64,000 nucleotides of DNA, from assembly GCA_965216875.1 (NCBI GenBank), contig OZ244207.1, forward strand, positions 5,376,001-5,440,000, in the 5' to 3' direction. This document shows, piece by piece, positions 19,389-31,034 of the stretch. Under the pieces are notes generated by a model, which was given only the letters and a program-made list of their open reading frames with translations, did no database searches and was not told the DNA's origin. Source of the stretch: Rubripirellula sp. Lineage in GTDB: Bacteria > Planctomycetota > Planctomycetia > Pirellulales > Pirellulaceae. Position 1 is the stretch's first letter, and the number at the start of each line of letters is the position of its first letter. Position numbers and translations under genes: made by a program.

Positions 19389-20816
19389 TTACGAGTAAAG
19401 CTGGATGGCTTTAATGATGTCGTCGAGTTCGTTTTGAACGGCGACGGCGCGGTTGGCGTAGCTCGCCTTCTTCACACCGCGGCTGCCGAGTGTCTTGTTG
19501 AAGACTTCTTGATCCGTTGTGTGATAAGCAACGGTTGCGTTGGGGTCTTTCAATTCGTGCCCCGTCAGCACACAGACGACGCGGTCGCTCGGTGCAATGA
19601 CGCCTTCGCGACGCAATAGTTTTGCGCCAGCAACGCTCGCCGCGGATGCGGGTTCACATCCGAATCCACCGCCACCCACTTTTGCTTTGGCATCAAGGAT
19701 TTCCTGGTCGCTCACTTGGCGAACGACACCGTCCATGAAATCCAAAGCACGCAAGCACTTTTTCAAATTGACGGGGCGATTGATCTCAATGGCGCTAGCG
19801 ATCGTGTCGGCCTTTTTGCCTTCGCGATCCATTTCATCGTTGTAAGCAACGATCGGGTCCATATCGACGTTGCCGCCGTTCCAGCGAACACCGCGGCGCT
19901 CGTAGAGTTCGTAAAGCGTATCCGCGCCGGCGGCATTGATCACAGCCAATCGCGGAACACGATCGATCAAACCGTGTTGCTTCAGCTCCATAAAGGCTTT
20001 GCCAAACGAACTGCTGTTACCGAGGTTACCGCCGGGAACAACGATCCAATCTGGCACTTCCCAACGAAGCGCCTCGAGGATGCGGAACATGATCGTCTTC
20101 TGGCCTTCAAGGCGATACGGGTTCACGCTGTTGACCAAGTAGATGCCCATCTCTTGTGAGATCTGCTTGACGCGAATCATGGCATCGTCAAAGTCGCCGG
20201 CAATTTGAACGGTCAGTGCGCCGTAGTCGAGCGCTTGGCTGAGTTTGCCATAACTGATTTTGCCGCTACCGATGAAGATGACCGCCTTCATCAAACGCGT
20301 TGCACTGCAGTAGAGCGCGAGCGACGCGCTGGTGTTTCCGGTACTGGCACACGCGGCTCGTTTGGCCCCCATCATGTTGGCGTGGGTGACGGCGGCAACC
20401 ATGCCATTGTCTTTAAAGCTGCCCGAAGGGTTCATGCCCTCGTACTGCAAATGCAAACACCCTGTGTTCATCCCAACGTATTGGCCGACGGGGTCGGTCT
20501 GTTGCAACAGCGTTTGACCTTCGCCGACCGTGATGATCTGGTCTTGAGGCGCGAAGGGAAGCAGCTCGTGAAATCGCCACACGCCACTAAAGCGAGTTGG
20601 ATTGGTCCGCTCGGCCCACATTGACTCAAAGTACTTCAAGCTTTCGGGAACGTTGGCGCGATCCCAGTCGTAGTCGATGTCGAGCAGGTCGCCACATTTG
20701 TCACACGACGTGCGCGCGCTCATTGCATCGTACGTAGCACCGCAACACGGATTGATGCACTTCTGAAAGGCGAGGTCGGTTTGGATGGCGTTACCTTTGG
20801 CGGCTGTCTGCAACAT
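19389..20816 (-). CDS. thrC: Threonine synthase
   Basis: [48 protein letters not shown]. Confidence 0.95.
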   Translation of the reverse strand: MLQTAAKGNAIQTDLAFQKCINPCCGATYDAMSARTSCDKCGDLLDIDYDWDRANVPESLKYFESMWAERTNPTRFSGVWRFHELLPFAPQDQIITVGEGQTLLQQTDPVGQYVGMNTGCLHLQYEGMNPSGSFKDNGMVAAVTHANMMGAKRAACASTGNTSASLALYCSATRLMKAVIFIGSGKISYGKLSQALDYGALTVQIAGDFDDAMIRVKQISQEMGIYLVNSVNPYRLEGQKTIMFRILEALRWEVPDWIVVPGGNLGNSSSFGKAFMELKQHGLIDRVPRLAVINAAGADTLYELYERRGVRWNGGNVDMDPIVAYNDEMDREGKKADTIASAIEINRPVNLKKCLRALDFMDGVVRQVSDQEILDAKAKVGGGGFGCEPASAASVAGAKLLRREGVIAPSDRVVCVLTGHELKDPNATVAYHTTDQEVFNKTLGSRGVKKASYANRAVAVQNELDDIIKAIQLYS

Positions 20817-21097
20817 GACGAAATCAATCAACAGGGTGGTTCAGAGCGTCGTTGGCTTCTGAACGCAACTTTTGTGGGTTTCGGGGCAATCCTGCTCCCC
20901 AACTCTAAATCGGCTCAATCGCGTTTCGGCTGTATCTTCGGGCTAGCCGGAGTGAAAAAATGACAAAGATAGGGATTATGGGTGCAAATACATCTGGGCA
21001 AGTTGGTCGCTAACATTCTACCGTGGACCCTGAAAATCGAAACACAGATCGTAGCACGAAAAACAGCCACCCTCCTTTCGAAGGGAAAAGAGTCTCC

Positions 21098-21745
21098 ATG
21101 GATGGATCCTCCTCAACCCCGACAGCAGTTGTGAACCAATCAAGCGAATCAACGCAGGGAACGTCATCGATCCGGTCGGTACCAATGAGCCGGCTGTACC
21201 TCTTTTCGATGCTCGCAATCTCCGGCGCGATCGCTGATTTGTGGACAAAATCGGCCATTTTCAGCTGGCGCGGTCTGCCCGGCCAAAGTGATATCTGGTG
21301 GATCGTCGAAGGCAACTTTGGCATCGAAACCGCCGTCAATCCAGGTGCCGTCTTTGGAATGGGTGCCGGTATGGGGCTCCTGTTCGCCGCACTCTCAATC
21401 GTGGCGGGAATCGGAATCATTACCTGGCTGTTTTGGTTTCGGGCCGCCGAGTCGCTCTTTCTGACCATCGCGATGGGAATGATTTGCGGCGGCATTATCG
21501 GCAATCTTTACGACCGGTTGGGCATGTGGTGGCAGCCCACATACGACCCGAGCTGGAAAAGTGGGGTTCGCGATTGGATCTTGGTCCGCTTCGAAGGCGT
21601 GCCGTTTTTTGATCCCTGGCCAAACTTTAATATCGCCGACTCGCTGTTGGTGGTTGGCGCAATGATGCTGGTGATCCAATCTTTCATGCCGGTGCACGAA
21701 GAAGTCGAAAACGACAGCGACGGCAAATTGGCTGATGAGCAGTAA
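21098..21745 (+). CDS. lspA: Lipoprotein signal peptidase II
   Basis: ADLWTK, NPGAVFG, GNLYDR, VRDWI, FNIADS. Start uncertain. Confidence 0.93.
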   Translation: MDGSSSTPTAVVNQSSESTQGTSSIRSVPMSRLYLFSMLAISGAIADLWTKSAIFSWRGLPGQSDIWWIVEGNFGIETAVNPGAVFGMGAGMGLLFAALSIVAGIGIITWLFWFRAAESLFLTIAMGMICGGIIGNLYDRLGMWWQPTYDPSWKSGVRDWILVRFEGVPFFDPWPNFNIADSLLVVGAMMLVIQSFMPVHEEVENDSDGKLADEQ

Positions 21746-22577
21746 CGAAAACGACGGCAAACAAGACCTGGGCGGCCCAGCGACCTGGACACCACTTCAC
21801 GAAGGACGCTTGGCGGCGATGATCGACGTCGCGACGGCGGCCGGCAATCACACGCTGAAGTACTACCGGACGGCCGAATTGGTCGTTGATGCCAAATCCG
21901 ATGACTCGCCGGTGACCATCGCCGACCGGGAAGCCGAGCAGGTCGTCCGCCAACTGATCGCCGAGCTTTTCCCTGAAGACACGGTCCAAGGCGAAGAATT
22001 CGAGGAACAAGCGGGAACCAGCCCCTATCGCTGGGTGGTCGACCCAATCGACGGCACCAAATCGTTCGTCTGCGGCGTCCCGCTCTATTCGACGCTGCTT
22101 GCCCTGGAACTCGATGGCCAACCGCTCGGCGGAGTGATCTTCATTCCCGCGATGGGCGAAATGGTCGTCGCTGCCATCGGCCACGGCTCGTGGTACCGAG
22201 CGGAGGAAACGGGCCAATGGTCCCGAACGGCCGCTTCACAGAAAACCGATCTGAGCCAAGCGGTCTTTGTCACCAGCCAAGTCGACACCTTTGATGAGCG
22301 GGGTGACGCCGAGGCCTACCGCCGGATGGAAAAAGCGGCCTGGATCACGCGCAGCTGGGGCGACGGCTACGGCTACCTGCTGGTGGCCACCGGCCGAGCT
22401 GACGTGATGATCGACCCGATTTGTAACGCCTGGGACGTAGGGGCCATTTTGCCGGTGATCAACGAATCGGGCGGCACATTTACCGATTGGAAAGGCAATT
22501 CGACCGTCCGAGGCGGCGATGGCGTCGGAACCAACGGAAAACTGCACCAGGTAGTGCTGGAGACGCTGCGGGGGTGA
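21735..22577 (+). CDS. hisN: Histidinol-phosphatase, inositol monophosphatase family
   Basis: SPVTIADREAE, GEEF, WVVDPIDGTKSF, WGDGYGY, WD. Confidence 0.85.
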   Translation: MSSNENDGKQDLGGPATWTPLHEGRLAAMIDVATAAGNHTLKYYRTAELVVDAKSDDSPVTIADREAEQVVRQLIAELFPEDTVQGEEFEEQAGTSPYRWVVDPIDGTKSFVCGVPLYSTLLALELDGQPLGGVIFIPAMGEMVVAAIGHGSWYRAEETGQWSRTAASQKTDLSQAVFVTSQVDTFDERGDAEAYRRMEKAAWITRSWGDGYGYLLVATGRADVMIDPICNAWDVGAILPVINESGGTFTDWKGNSTVRGGDGVGTNGKLHQVVLETLRG

Positions 22578-22583
22578 CGCTCG

Positions 22584-22711
22584 GTAGGCCGGATCAAGGA
22601 GCGACAGCGACACAGATCCGGCGTCTTCTTGAATCCCTTCGAAAACCGGTATTCGATGCACCCCCACGCTCTGGCGAGCGTAGCTACGCCGACTCTCCCA
22701 GAGGGAGAGTG
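22584..22711. repeat. REP-like cluster: family A copy 2, family E at 22664-22687, family F at 22689-22711
   Basis: CCACGCTCTGGCGAGCGTAGCTAC is related in inverse to 42608-42631; CCGACTCTCCCAGAGGGAGAGTG is related to 26232-26253. Confidence 0.8.
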
Positions 22712-22875
22712 TCAAAGGCTCGACATTGGCGGCCGGACAGACCGTTAGGCCCGACCAAAATCGCCGCAAATTCCCTCTCGGACTCCATTTACAAAACCGG
22801 CCCCGAGAATCTAAACTGCCGGGCTCGCATCTCCGAGAGAAATGCCTCTTTTGACGCCTCGCGGCGGATTTTCCC

Positions 22876-24354
22876 GTGTTTGAATCCCTCTCTGAAGGTC
22901 TGCAGTCAGCCTTTAAGAGCTTGTCCGGCAAAGGCAAGCTCACCGAGGCCAATATGCGCGAGGGGCTCGAGATTGTCCGCAAGGCGATGCTCGAAGCCGA
23001 CGTCAGCTTTCCCGTGGTCCAGTCTTTCATGGATCACGTCACCGAGAAAGCGACCGGAAAGCGGGTTCTGCTGAGTCTTCGCCCGCACGAAGAACTGGTC
23101 AACATCGTCCACCAAGAGCTGGTCGAAATCCTCGGGCCAGTCGATCCGTCGCTGCACCTCAAGAAAGAGGGTCCGACGATCATCATGCTCTGCGGTCTGC
23201 AGGGTAGTGGTAAGACGACGACGTGCGGAAAGCTCTCGCAGCTGCTGATTGAAGAGAACATCAAACCGTTGTTGGTCGCCGCCGACCTTCAGCGTCCTGC
23301 CGCGATCGACCAATTGCATGTGATCGGCGACCAACTTGGCGTCCCGGTCTACAGCGACAAAGGCAACCAGAACCCGGTCAAGGTCTGCCAAGCGGGTGTC
23401 GCCAAGGCAAAGGAAGAAGGCGCCCGGGTCGTCATCCTCGACACCGCGGGCCGTTTGGCAATCGACGAAGAGTTGATGGCCGAACTTCAACGGATCGACA
23501 AAAAGGTCAGCCCCGACCAGGTCTACTTGGTCGTGGACGGGATGACCGGTCAAGACGCCGTCAACAGTGCCGGAGCCTTTAACGAGGCGCTCGAGCTCGA
23601 TGGCGTGATCATGACCAAGCTTGACGGTGACGCACGTGGCGGTGCGTTGCTTTCGGTCAAGCATGTGACCGGTGTTCCGATCAAGTTCATCGGTACTGGC
23701 GAACACTTCGATGCACTCGAGCCGTTTCGTCCTGAAGGGATGGCCGGGCGTATCTTGCAGATGGGCGACATCGTCGCGGCCGCCCGCGAAGCTCATCGAA
23801 TCGTCGACGAGAAAGAACGTGAAGAACTCGAAGCCAAGATGGCTTCGGGCGAATTCACGCTCGACGACTTCAAGAACATGATGCAAAAGGTCGCCAAGCC
23901 CGGATTGATGGGCAAGATGATGGGCCTGATGCCTGGCATGGGCGACTTGAAGGACGTCATCGAAAGCGACGAAGCGGCAAGTGGTATTCGCCAAACCATC
24001 GGTGCGATCAACAGCATGACGATGGAGGAGCGAAAGAACCCCAAACTGATCGACGCACAACGCCGCACGCGAATCGCCAAAGGTGCTGGTGTGCAAACAC
24101 CCGTCGTTTCGCAACTGATCAAGCAGTTCGAAGTGATGAAGCCGCTGATGCAGGGCATGGCAGGCAAGGGTGCTGGCGATCGCATGAAAATGATGCAACA
24201 GCTGCAAGCCAGTGGCGCGATGAACGACCCGACCATGAAGGGTCTCAAGGTCAAAAAGGGCACGGGCAAACGACTCAGCGCCGCCGAACGTGCAAAGCAA
24301 AAGAAGCAGCGTGAAAAGATGAAGCGGCAGCAGAAACGAAGCAAACGAAGCTAA
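22876..24354 (+). CDS. ffh: Signal recognition particle protein
   Basis: GLQGSGKTT, DTAGR, TKLDGDARGG; Met-rich M domain. Confidence 0.98.
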   Translation: MFESLSEGLQSAFKSLSGKGKLTEANMREGLEIVRKAMLEADVSFPVVQSFMDHVTEKATGKRVLLSLRPHEELVNIVHQELVEILGPVDPSLHLKKEGPTIIMLCGLQGSGKTTTCGKLSQLLIEENIKPLLVAADLQRPAAIDQLHVIGDQLGVPVYSDKGNQNPVKVCQAGVAKAKEEGARVVILDTAGRLAIDEELMAELQRIDKKVSPDQVYLVVDGMTGQDAVNSAGAFNEALELDGVIMTKLDGDARGGALLSVKHVTGVPIKFIGTGEHFDALEPFRPEGMAGRILQMGDIVAAAREAHRIVDEKEREELEAKMASGEFTLDDFKNMMQKVAKPGLMGKMMGLMPGMGDLKDVIESDEAASGIRQTIGAINSMTMEERKNPKLIDAQRRTRIAKGAGVQTPVVSQLIKQFEVMKPLMQGMAGKGAGDRMKMMQQLQASGAMNDPTMKGLKVKKGTGKRLSAAERAKQKKQREKMKRQQKRSKRS

Positions 24355-24503
24355 CCAAATACAAACCGAATCATTCAACAAATCAAATGCCGGATGTTCC
24401 GGCACCGACCCGGACGCCAAGGGAATTCAACCAAATCCAACCTTGGCTCCAGGAAGTCTGACTTGAAGTTGACACTTGCAACCCAATAGGGAGCATTTCG
24501 CTA

Positions 24504-24944
24504 ATGGCAGTTCGAATCCGAATGAAAAAGATGGGCCGCACCCATCGCCCTTTTTACCGCGTTTGCGCGATGGACAAGCGAAGTCCTCGTGACGGGCGTG
24601 TGATCGAAGAGCTTGGCACTTACGATCCCAGCGTTCCAGAAACCGATGCTCGTGTCACCTTGAAGGCCGACCGTATCGACTACTGGCTTAGCGTTGGCGC
24701 CCAGCCGAGTGACAAGGTCGCTGTACTGATCAAAAAGTACGGCACCGAAGGCACTCACCTCGATGCTCAAAAAGAAGCTCTCGAGCGTTTGGCAAAGCGC
24801 AAGGAATACAATCCTGCTCCGGAAGCGCCCGCCAAGCAAAAGAAGAAAAAGAAAGAGGAAGCCAAAGCCGAAGAACCTGCTGCGGAAGCCCCCGCAGAAG
24901 AAGCTCCGGCCGAAGCTGCCAGCGAGGAAGCAGCAAGCGAGTGA
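24504..24944 (+). CDS. rpsP: 30S ribosomal protein S16 with an Ala/Glu/Lys-rich C-terminal extension
   Basis: MAVRIRMKKMGR..PFYR..RSPRDGR..LGTYDP..WLSVGAQPS. Confidence 0.97.
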   Translation: MAVRIRMKKMGRTHRPFYRVCAMDKRSPRDGRVIEELGTYDPSVPETDARVTLKADRIDYWLSVGAQPSDKVAVLIKKYGTEGTHLDAQKEALERLAKRKEYNPAPEAPAKQKKKKKEEAKAEEPAAEAPAEEAPAEAASEEAASE

Positions 24945-25007
24945 TCGCCTGTTTGCCCTCCATGGTTTCGCTGAGTTCATCATTCGCTGCGAGGCTAATT
25001 GCACCTC

Positions 25008-25724
25008 ATGCGATTTGACATCGTCACCCTCTTTCCAGCAATCTTTGACGGCTACCTGACGCAAAGCTTGTTGGACAAGGCGATCGTCCGAGAATTGGTC
25101 CACATTCACCGCCACAACCTGCGGGACTGGGCCAAGGACACTCCGCACCGGCAAGTCGACGACAAGCCGTTTGGCGGTGGGCCTGGGATGCTGATTCAAG
25201 TCGAACCGACGGTGAAATGCGTCGAAGCAGTCGAGCAGATGGACACGGTGGCGTCGCGAAAGGTGTTGCTGACGCCGCAAGGAAAGCGATTTGACCAACG
25301 GATGGCCGAAGACTTTGCGACCAGCGAGCGGATCATGCTGCTCTGTGGTCGGTACGAAGGATTCGACCAACGCGTGCTCGACATTGTGGAGCCCGAAGAG
25401 GTCAGCGTGGGTGATTTCGTCTTGAATGGAGGCGAAGTTGCCGCGATGGTGATGATCGACGCGATCGTCCGGCTTTTGCCAGGCGTTCTCGGCGATGAGA
25501 ACAGCAGCATTGATGATTCGTTCAGCCGCGGAAACCGGATGCTCGAATTTCCTCAATACACACGACCAAGAGAGTTTCGTGGACACCAAGTCCCCGATGT
25601 CCTCTTGAGCGGCGATCACCCGGCAATCGCCAAATGGCGAGCCGAGCAGAGCCGAATAAGAACACAACAACGACGCAGCGACCTGCTGCGAGATGAAACA
25701 AACGACGAAAACACCGAAGTCTGA
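25008..25724 (+). CDS. trmD: tRNA (guanine37-N1)-methyltransferase
   Basis: DDKPFGGGPGM, CGRYEGFDQR, SVGDFVLNGGE, PQYTRP. Confidence 0.98.
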   Translation: MRFDIVTLFPAIFDGYLTQSLLDKAIVRELVHIHRHNLRDWAKDTPHRQVDDKPFGGGPGMLIQVEPTVKCVEAVEQMDTVASRKVLLTPQGKRFDQRMAEDFATSERIMLLCGRYEGFDQRVLDIVEPEEVSVGDFVLNGGEVAAMVMIDAIVRLLPGVLGDENSSIDDSFSRGNRMLEFPQYTRPREFRGHQVPDVLLSGDHPAIAKWRAEQSRIRTQQRRSDLLRDETNDENTEV

Positions 25725-25754
25725 ATCAGACCTTCACATTGAAGAGAATTAGCC

Positions 25755-26108
25755 ATGTCACAAGCAATCATGGACTTGGTCGAGCGCAGCTCGCTTAAGG
25801 AAAATCCACCCGAGTTTGAAATCGGCGACACCGTCGACGTTCACTTGAAGATTTTGGAAGGCAACAAAGAACGCATCCAAGTCTTCACCGGCGTCGTGAT
25901 CGGTCGCAGCGGAACGGGCAGCAAAGAGATGTTCGCCGTTCGCCGCATCGTCGCTGGCGAAGGTGTGGAACGTAAGTTCCCCGTTCACAGCCCACGTATC
26001 GAAAAGATCGAAGTCAAACGCAGCGGCGTCGTCCGCCGTGCAAAGCTGTACTTCCTTCGCGACCGCGTCGGTAAGGCTGTGCGTCTGAAAGAACGCCGCC
26101 GCACCTAG
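25755..26108 (+). CDS. rplS: 50S ribosomal protein L19
   Basis: [30 protein letters not shown]. Confidence 0.98.
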   Translation: MSQAIMDLVERSSLKENPPEFEIGDTVDVHLKILEGNKERIQVFTGVVIGRSGTGSKEMFAVRRIVAGEGVERKFPVHSPRIEKIEVKRSGVVRRAKLYFLRDRVGKAVRLKERRRT

Positions 26109-26145
26109 GACCGGTCGCTCGACGTCTGTGAGCGGCATCCAACAA

Positions 26146-26253
26146 TCACCCTCCCGCTTGCGGGAGGGTCGGACGCAAAGTCCGGGGAGGGAGTAGTTTC
26201 TATAAAACAAACCCTCTCCGGGCCTTAGAGCCCGACTCTCCCAAGGGAGAGTG
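26146..26253. repeat. Family F palindromic repeats downstream of rplS; possible terminator role
   Basis: ACCCTCCCGCTTGCGGGAGGGT hairpin and ACTCTCCCAAGGGAGAGT hairpin. Confidence 0.7.
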
Positions 26254-26326
26254 CTAACACGCGCAGTTTCGAAGCCTAGTAAACGCAACTGCAGCGTGGT
26301 CTCACGCACCCATTACGGCAAATGCG

Positions 26327-26776
26327 GTGAATGAAGTGGGCAGGACCTTCACTCGCATACGCAATGCCTATGGCAATTGGCGCTATGGGCGAATCGACCC
26401 GGCGGCATCGATTGGCCGCCGCGGCGAACTGTACGCCGCCAGAATGTTGCGTCAGAAGGGGCTCGTCGTCGTTGCCCACAGCGAGTCGGATCGCGCGGGC
26501 GAAATCGATCTGATCGCAATCGATCGTCGCCATCAAACGATGATCTTTGTCGAGGTCAAAGCGCTCGCGACGCTCAAACCGGGTCACCCGGCCGATCATG
26601 TCGACCATGACAAACAGCGTCGCATCTCTCACGCCGCGCTGCGATACTTGAAACGCAAACGGCTTCTTGGTGTTGCCTGCCGATTTGACGTGATCGCAAT
26701 CTGGTGGCCCGAGGACTGGGACCAACCAGAACACGCCGAACACTACGAAGCCGCCTTCGAAACGGTTGAAAGTTAG
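26327..26776 (+). CDS. YraN family protein
   Basis: GRRGELYA, GEIDLIA, FVEVK, KQRRI, CRFDVIAI. Confidence 0.9.
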   Translation: MNEVGRTFTRIRNAYGNWRYGRIDPAASIGRRGELYAARMLRQKGLVVVAHSESDRAGEIDLIAIDRRHQTMIFVEVKALATLKPGHPADHVDHDKQRRISHAALRYLKRKRLLGVACRFDVIAIWWPEDWDQPEHAEHYEAAFETVES

Positions 26777-27998
26777 TGCGTTGCCAACACCGCCCAATCC
26801 CTACGCTGCGCCAGCGAACATCGATGATGCTCACGATGCTGCGTCGTTGGATTACGAACCGGTCGGTTTTCGAGGGAACGTTCATCCAAGCGATTGTTGG
26901 CGATGCCTAAGTGTCAAAGCGATCAAAGAGCAGTCGAGAGACTCCGTTGGCGGCATCGTTGTTCTTGTGATGGCCACGACCGCGTTTTTCGCGATGCCAG
27001 GCTTCATGACCGACCTCTTCGGCGAAGTGTTGCATCCGTTGGTCTACGTGACATTCGCAGGGCTCGTTTTGTATCCCTGGCATCTCGTTTGGCACTTAAG
27101 TCGCCTCTATCGATCGGCTCGCCAACTTGCCACGTCGCACTTCTACCGCAACGAGTCGGAGATTGCGGGACTGATCACACCGTCAGGGCTCATCGCATTC
27201 TCCGAGCGAGGCTACTCGCGTAGTGGTTGGTCCGAGATTCAGCTTTCGATGGTCGCCGATGATCGAATCGACGTCGCCCTGAATCACACCGATCATCGCT
27301 GGACGTTTCCAACCGAGTTCTTTGAGTCCGACGATGCCTTCAACGAAGCGCGGAAAGCCGTCGTTCATCATCTCGTGCCCAAGGTGAAATACGCCCCCGA
27401 CACATCGGACCTCCAAGGCAAATCATTCCGCAGCTCGCCGCCGCTATCGAAATCCGAAATGGACAATGCGATGGGGTGGAGTGAAGAACAATGGCCTTTT
27501 GCTCCTGGCGCACTCGTGCTGAATCATGAGTGCATGCCGATTGTCGACCGAACACCGTGGCCCTGGATCAAACACTGGCTGTTGTGCGTTTGGCCCCTCC
27601 TCGCCGTTATCCCGATCTGGCTCACCGTCGAGTACTCCAACCACGGCAGCTTCCTGTTTCTGAGCGGGAACCCGATCGGCACGACCGCTTTCTTTGCGTC
27701 GGTCATCTTCATCCTGGTTCGATTCGCATGGCCATTGCCGGCACACATGCGAGAGCACCTCGAATCGGTCACCCGCCCGTTCACCATCACGCTGCGTCAA
27801 AACGGTTACTCACTTCGCTACGGCGATCACCAATACTGGTGCGCCTGGCCCGATCAGTTGCATCTTTTGCTTCAGCCCGATTCGATTGGCTGGAAAGAAA
27901 TCGTTGATGATGCCCCGTTCATCCTTCCGAAAGCGGGACTGAGCGATGAAGAGATTGAACGTGTGGAAACGTTCCTCGCCAAACGCCAAGTCAACTGA
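26766..27998 (+). CDS. Hypothetical membrane protein with an N-terminal NPYxxP motif
   Basis: 410-aa ORF with PPNPYAAP and two pairs of TM helices, each followed by a soluble domain. Confidence 0.7.
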   Translation: MKVSALPTPPNPYAAPANIDDAHDAASLDYEPVGFRGNVHPSDCWRCLSVKAIKEQSRDSVGGIVVLVMATTAFFAMPGFMTDLFGEVLHPLVYVTFAGLVLYPWHLVWHLSRLYRSARQLATSHFYRNESEIAGLITPSGLIAFSERGYSRSGWSEIQLSMVADDRIDVALNHTDHRWTFPTEFFESDDAFNEARKAVVHHLVPKVKYAPDTSDLQGKSFRSSPPLSKSEMDNAMGWSEEQWPFAPGALVLNHECMPIVDRTPWPWIKHWLLCVWPLLAVIPIWLTVEYSNHGSFLFLSGNPIGTTAFFASVIFILVRFAWPLPAHMREHLESVTRPFTITLRQNGYSLRYGDHQYWCAWPDQLHLLLQPDSIGWKEIVDDAPFILPKAGLSDEEIERVETFLAKRQVN

Positions 27999-28275
27999 GC
28001 AGAAAGACGCGGCACGCGACGACAAGCTGGCAAGCAAACATGACAAAGGCAGTTGTATCCGCCAGAACCACGGCTGCTCGCGAGCCCTCTTTGCGAACAT
28101 GCTCGACTTCGCGGATCCATCTCAGGATCGTCCAAAAGGCGGCAAGGTTACCAATCGCGGCAACGCTTGCGCCGATCGCCACACTCTCTTTGCGGCCAAC
28201 GGGACCAAACTGCCAAAGCGCAATCATGCATGCGCAAAAGAAGGTCACATAGAAAAGTCCGCGCAGCGAAAACAT
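27991..28275 (-). CDS. Small membrane protein (FSLRxL N-terminus)
   Basis: MFSLRGLF followed by three hydrophobic segments. Confidence 0.55.
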   Translation of the reverse strand: MFSLRGLFYVTFFCACMIALWQFGPVGRKESVAIGASVAAIGNLAAFWTILRWIREVEHVRKEGSRAAVVLADTTAFVMFACQLVVACRVFLLS

Positions 28276-28362
28276 GCCCCAATTCTAACTCCCACATCGC
28301 CCCACGTAGGTCATGCTCCGCATGACAAGTTCAACAAGATCTCGGTGTCGAGCTTTGATAGA

Positions 28363-28424
28363 GTAGCCTTCTGCTCCGCAAGAGTTGCATATGCGGACGC
28401 TACTTTCGCGGAGCGAAAGGCGAC
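28363..28424. repeat. Family D inverted doublet
   Basis: 62-nt near reverse complement of 19161-19222. Confidence 0.85.
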
Positions 28425-28433
28425 ATTCTCACA

Positions 28434-29189
28434 TCAACCGCGGCCCACAAAGGGCATGTTGGTTGCCATCACGGTCATGAACAACACGTTCGCGTCGAGT
28501 GGCAAGCTAGCCATGTGAACAACTGCGTCGGCTGCATGTTTGACATCCATGATCGGTTCGACTTGCAACGAACCATCCGCCTGCAGCGTTCCGCTGGTCA
28601 CAGGCGCGGCCATGTCGGTATTCGCATTGCCAATGTCGATTTGCCCGCAAGCGATGTTGTACTTTCGGCAATCGAGGGCAACAGCCTTGGTCAATCCTGT
28701 GACACCATGCTTGGTTACCGTGTAGGGAGCCGTATTCAATCGGGGCGTGGTCGCCGAGATGGAACCGTTGTTGATGATTCGACCACCCATTGGCTGTTGC
28801 GACTTCATCACTCGAATCGCGTGTTGGATACACAGGAACACGCCTGTCAAATTCACGTCGACGACCGACTGCCACTGCTCAAAGGTCAAGTCTTCGAGAT
28901 TGATCGCTGGCGCCCCGATGCCCGCGTTGTTAAATAGAACATCCAACCGTCCATAGGCGGCCGTTGTTTGGTCGAACAGGTCCAGCACGGATTCGGGCTT
29001 GGCAACATCCGTCGCCACCGCAAGACAATCATCGGGATCAGCACCGGTGAGCGCCACCGTTTCTTGCAATGCATCGATGCGGCGGCCGGCAAGCACAACG
29101 CGGTATCCAGCCTCGGAAAGGGCGATCGTTGCAGCTCGACCGATTCCCGATCCAGCGCCGGTCACCATTGCAACTTTCTTGTCACTCAC
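28434..29189 (-). CDS. SDR family oxidoreductase
   Basis: [22 protein letters not shown]. Confidence 0.95.
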   Translation of the reverse strand: MSDKKVAMVTGAGSGIGRAATIALSEAGYRVVLAGRRIDALQETVALTGADPDDCLAVATDVAKPESVLDLFDQTTAAYGRLDVLFNNAGIGAPAINLEDLTFEQWQSVVDVNLTGVFLCIQHAIRVMKSQQPMGGRIINNGSISATTPRLNTAPYTVTKHGVTGLTKAVALDCRKYNIACGQIDIGNANTDMAAPVTSGTLQADGSLQVEPIMDVKHAADAVVHMASLPLDANVLFMTVMATNMPFVGRG

Positions 29190-29212
29190 GTGTCGGTCTC
29201 CACTCGAAAGGG

Positions 29213-29917
29213 TTACGTTGCGCTGACGATTGCCGGATCGTTCAAACCGTTTTCGGCAAACCCTTTGGCGCGCAACAGGCAGGCGTCACAGTGACCGCAC
29301 GGTTCTTCGTCCGGACCTGGATCGTAACATGAAATGGTCATGCCATAGTCGACTCCAAGCGCCACGCCTTTGGCGATGATTTGCGCTTTGGTTAGGTCGA
29401 TCAGCGGCGTGTGGATCGTCAGTTGCGTTTCGCCTTCGACTCCCGCTTTCGTTGCCAGGTTGGCCATCGTTTGGAACGAGTCGATAAAATCGGGTCTGCA
29501 GTCGGGATAGCCGCTGTAGTCGAGCGCATTGACGCCGATGTAGATGTCGTTGGCACCGAGTGTTTCGGCCAGCGCGAGAGCGAGAGAAAGAAAGACCGTA
29601 TTGCGAGCGGGAACGTAGGTCACCGGAATCGCATCGCCTATTTCTTCGACCGAGTCCCCCTTGGGAACGTCGATCGCATTGTCAGTCAGAGCCGAACCAC
29701 CGAACTGGGCCAAATCGATATCGACGATACGATGCGACGCCGCGCTCAGGTGCGATGCAAGCTTGGCAGCGCGGTCGAGTTCGTATTGATGACGCTGGCC
29801 ATATCGAAAGCTGATCGCATGCGCGGCGAAACCGGCATCCTTTGCGATCGCAAGGCAGGTTGCGCTATCGAGTCCACCCGAAAGCAACACCACAGCGGGA
29901 GGTGCTTGAGCTGACAT
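29213..29917 (-). CDS. queC: 7-cyano-7-deazaguanine synthase
   Basis: [38 protein letters not shown]. Confidence 0.97.
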   Translation of the reverse strand: MSAQAPPAVVLLSGGLDSATCLAIAKDAGFAAHAISFRYGQRHQYELDRAAKLASHLSAASHRIVDIDLAQFGGSALTDNAIDVPKGDSVEEIGDAIPVTYVPARNTVFLSLALALAETLGANDIYIGVNALDYSGYPDCRPDFIDSFQTMANLATKAGVEGETQLTIHTPLIDLTKAQIIAKGVALGVDYGMTISCYDPGPDEEPCGHCDACLLRAKGFAENGLNDPAIVSAT

Positions 29918-30885
29918 TATGACTCTCGTTTCTTCCACAACTTGCGGCCAATCGATGGCGTGTAGTTCGTCCAGTTGCCGTCCGCAGCCACGTCTGCATC
30001 GATGATGCTCGTGTACGAAGCGAGCTTTGCGTCGAGATTGTCGATGTGGTGCAAAGCAACCGCTTCCAACGTCACGGGCAACTTAGGGCTACCGAACTCG
30101 AGCTGGCCGTGATGAGCGACAATCAAGTGCTCAAGATGGAGACGCAATTCTTGCGGGAAAGGCTCGCCGGAATCCGCCTCCACCGCTGCGATCTTTTCAC
30201 CAAGCATTTGAACGCCGATCACGATGTGTCCGACGAGTTGGCCACGATCGGTATAGGTCACTTCGCCGCCACCGGAAAGTTCCTCGATCTTTCCCAGATC
30301 GTGCAGGAACGCTCCCATGACAAGCAAGTCTTGGTCGAGTTGCGGGTAACGCGGCGCGATCACGCGTGACAGCTCGATCAAATCAAGCGTGTGTCGCAGC
30401 AACCCACCGGGGTAGGCATGATGGTTCGAAACGGCGGCAGCAGCCCCCTTCAAACGCCCCATAAAGTCCTCGTCGGCCAAGAAGGCGTCGCCGAGTTGCC
30501 GTAGATGCGAGTTCTGCATCGAGCGAAGCTGGGTCGCAAGTTCATCGGCCAATCGAGCCGATTCGGCTGCGTCAAAACGCTCAAAATCGCTCAACTCGAT
30601 CTCGGACGGATCCATCCGCTCGAAATTTTGCACGATCACCTGCAAGGCGCCATTGTGAATCTGTGCCCGGCCGCGACAAAAGATAAAGTCGCCACGGTCA
30701 AACGATTCGAACATGCGATCGTCGGCATTCCAGACCATTCCGGCGATCACGCCCGTACGATCCGACAATCTCAACAAAATATACTTGCTGCCTTGGCGAT
30801 TGACGCGTAATTGTTTATCAGCAGCTTGAAACGCCTGCTCAAAATGCTGACCATCCGCAAGTTCTTGAATTGGGGTCCGGCTCAC
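29917..30885 (-). CDS. YhaM-like OB-fold/HD-domain 3'-5' exoribonuclease
   Basis: LSDRTG OB fold, [31 protein letters not shown]. Confidence 0.9.
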   Translation of the reverse strand: MSRTPIQELADGQHFEQAFQAADKQLRVNRQGSKYILLRLSDRTGVIAGMVWNADDRMFESFDRGDFIFCRGRAQIHNGALQVIVQNFERMDPSEIELSDFERFDAAESARLADELATQLRSMQNSHLRQLGDAFLADEDFMGRLKGAAAAVSNHHAYPGGLLRHTLDLIELSRVIAPRYPQLDQDLLVMGAFLHDLGKIEELSGGGEVTYTDRGQLVGHIVIGVQMLGEKIAAVEADSGEPFPQELRLHLEHLIVAHHGQLEFGSPKLPVTLEAVALHHIDNLDAKLASYTSIIDADVAADGNWTNYTPSIGRKLWKKRES

Positions 30886-31034
30886 GTATCGTTTTCTTTT
30901 TTGGTCTGCGTAAAAGGGCAGGGCAGGGGAGCAACGAAAACTTGACAAACCCGGCCCAAACTACAAAGGATGGCCGTTTGCTCAGACAATTGACAAGGCC
31001 CGATCAAAAAGTCGTCTTGAACTGACGCTCCTCC

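Noticed and set aside
22906..24420. 504-aa antisense ORF over ffh, and similar ones over gatB, trmD, ppk1 and others
   Set aside because: Shadow ORFs from codon bias; no recognisable motifs.
24355..24503. SRP RNA near ffh
   Set aside because: No CAGG-GGAA-GCAG domain IV signature was seen.
27946..28518. 190-aa plus-strand ORF
   Set aside because: It runs through a family D repeat, overlaps the SDR gene and has no protein-like features; the minus-strand 94-aa membrane ORF is preferred.
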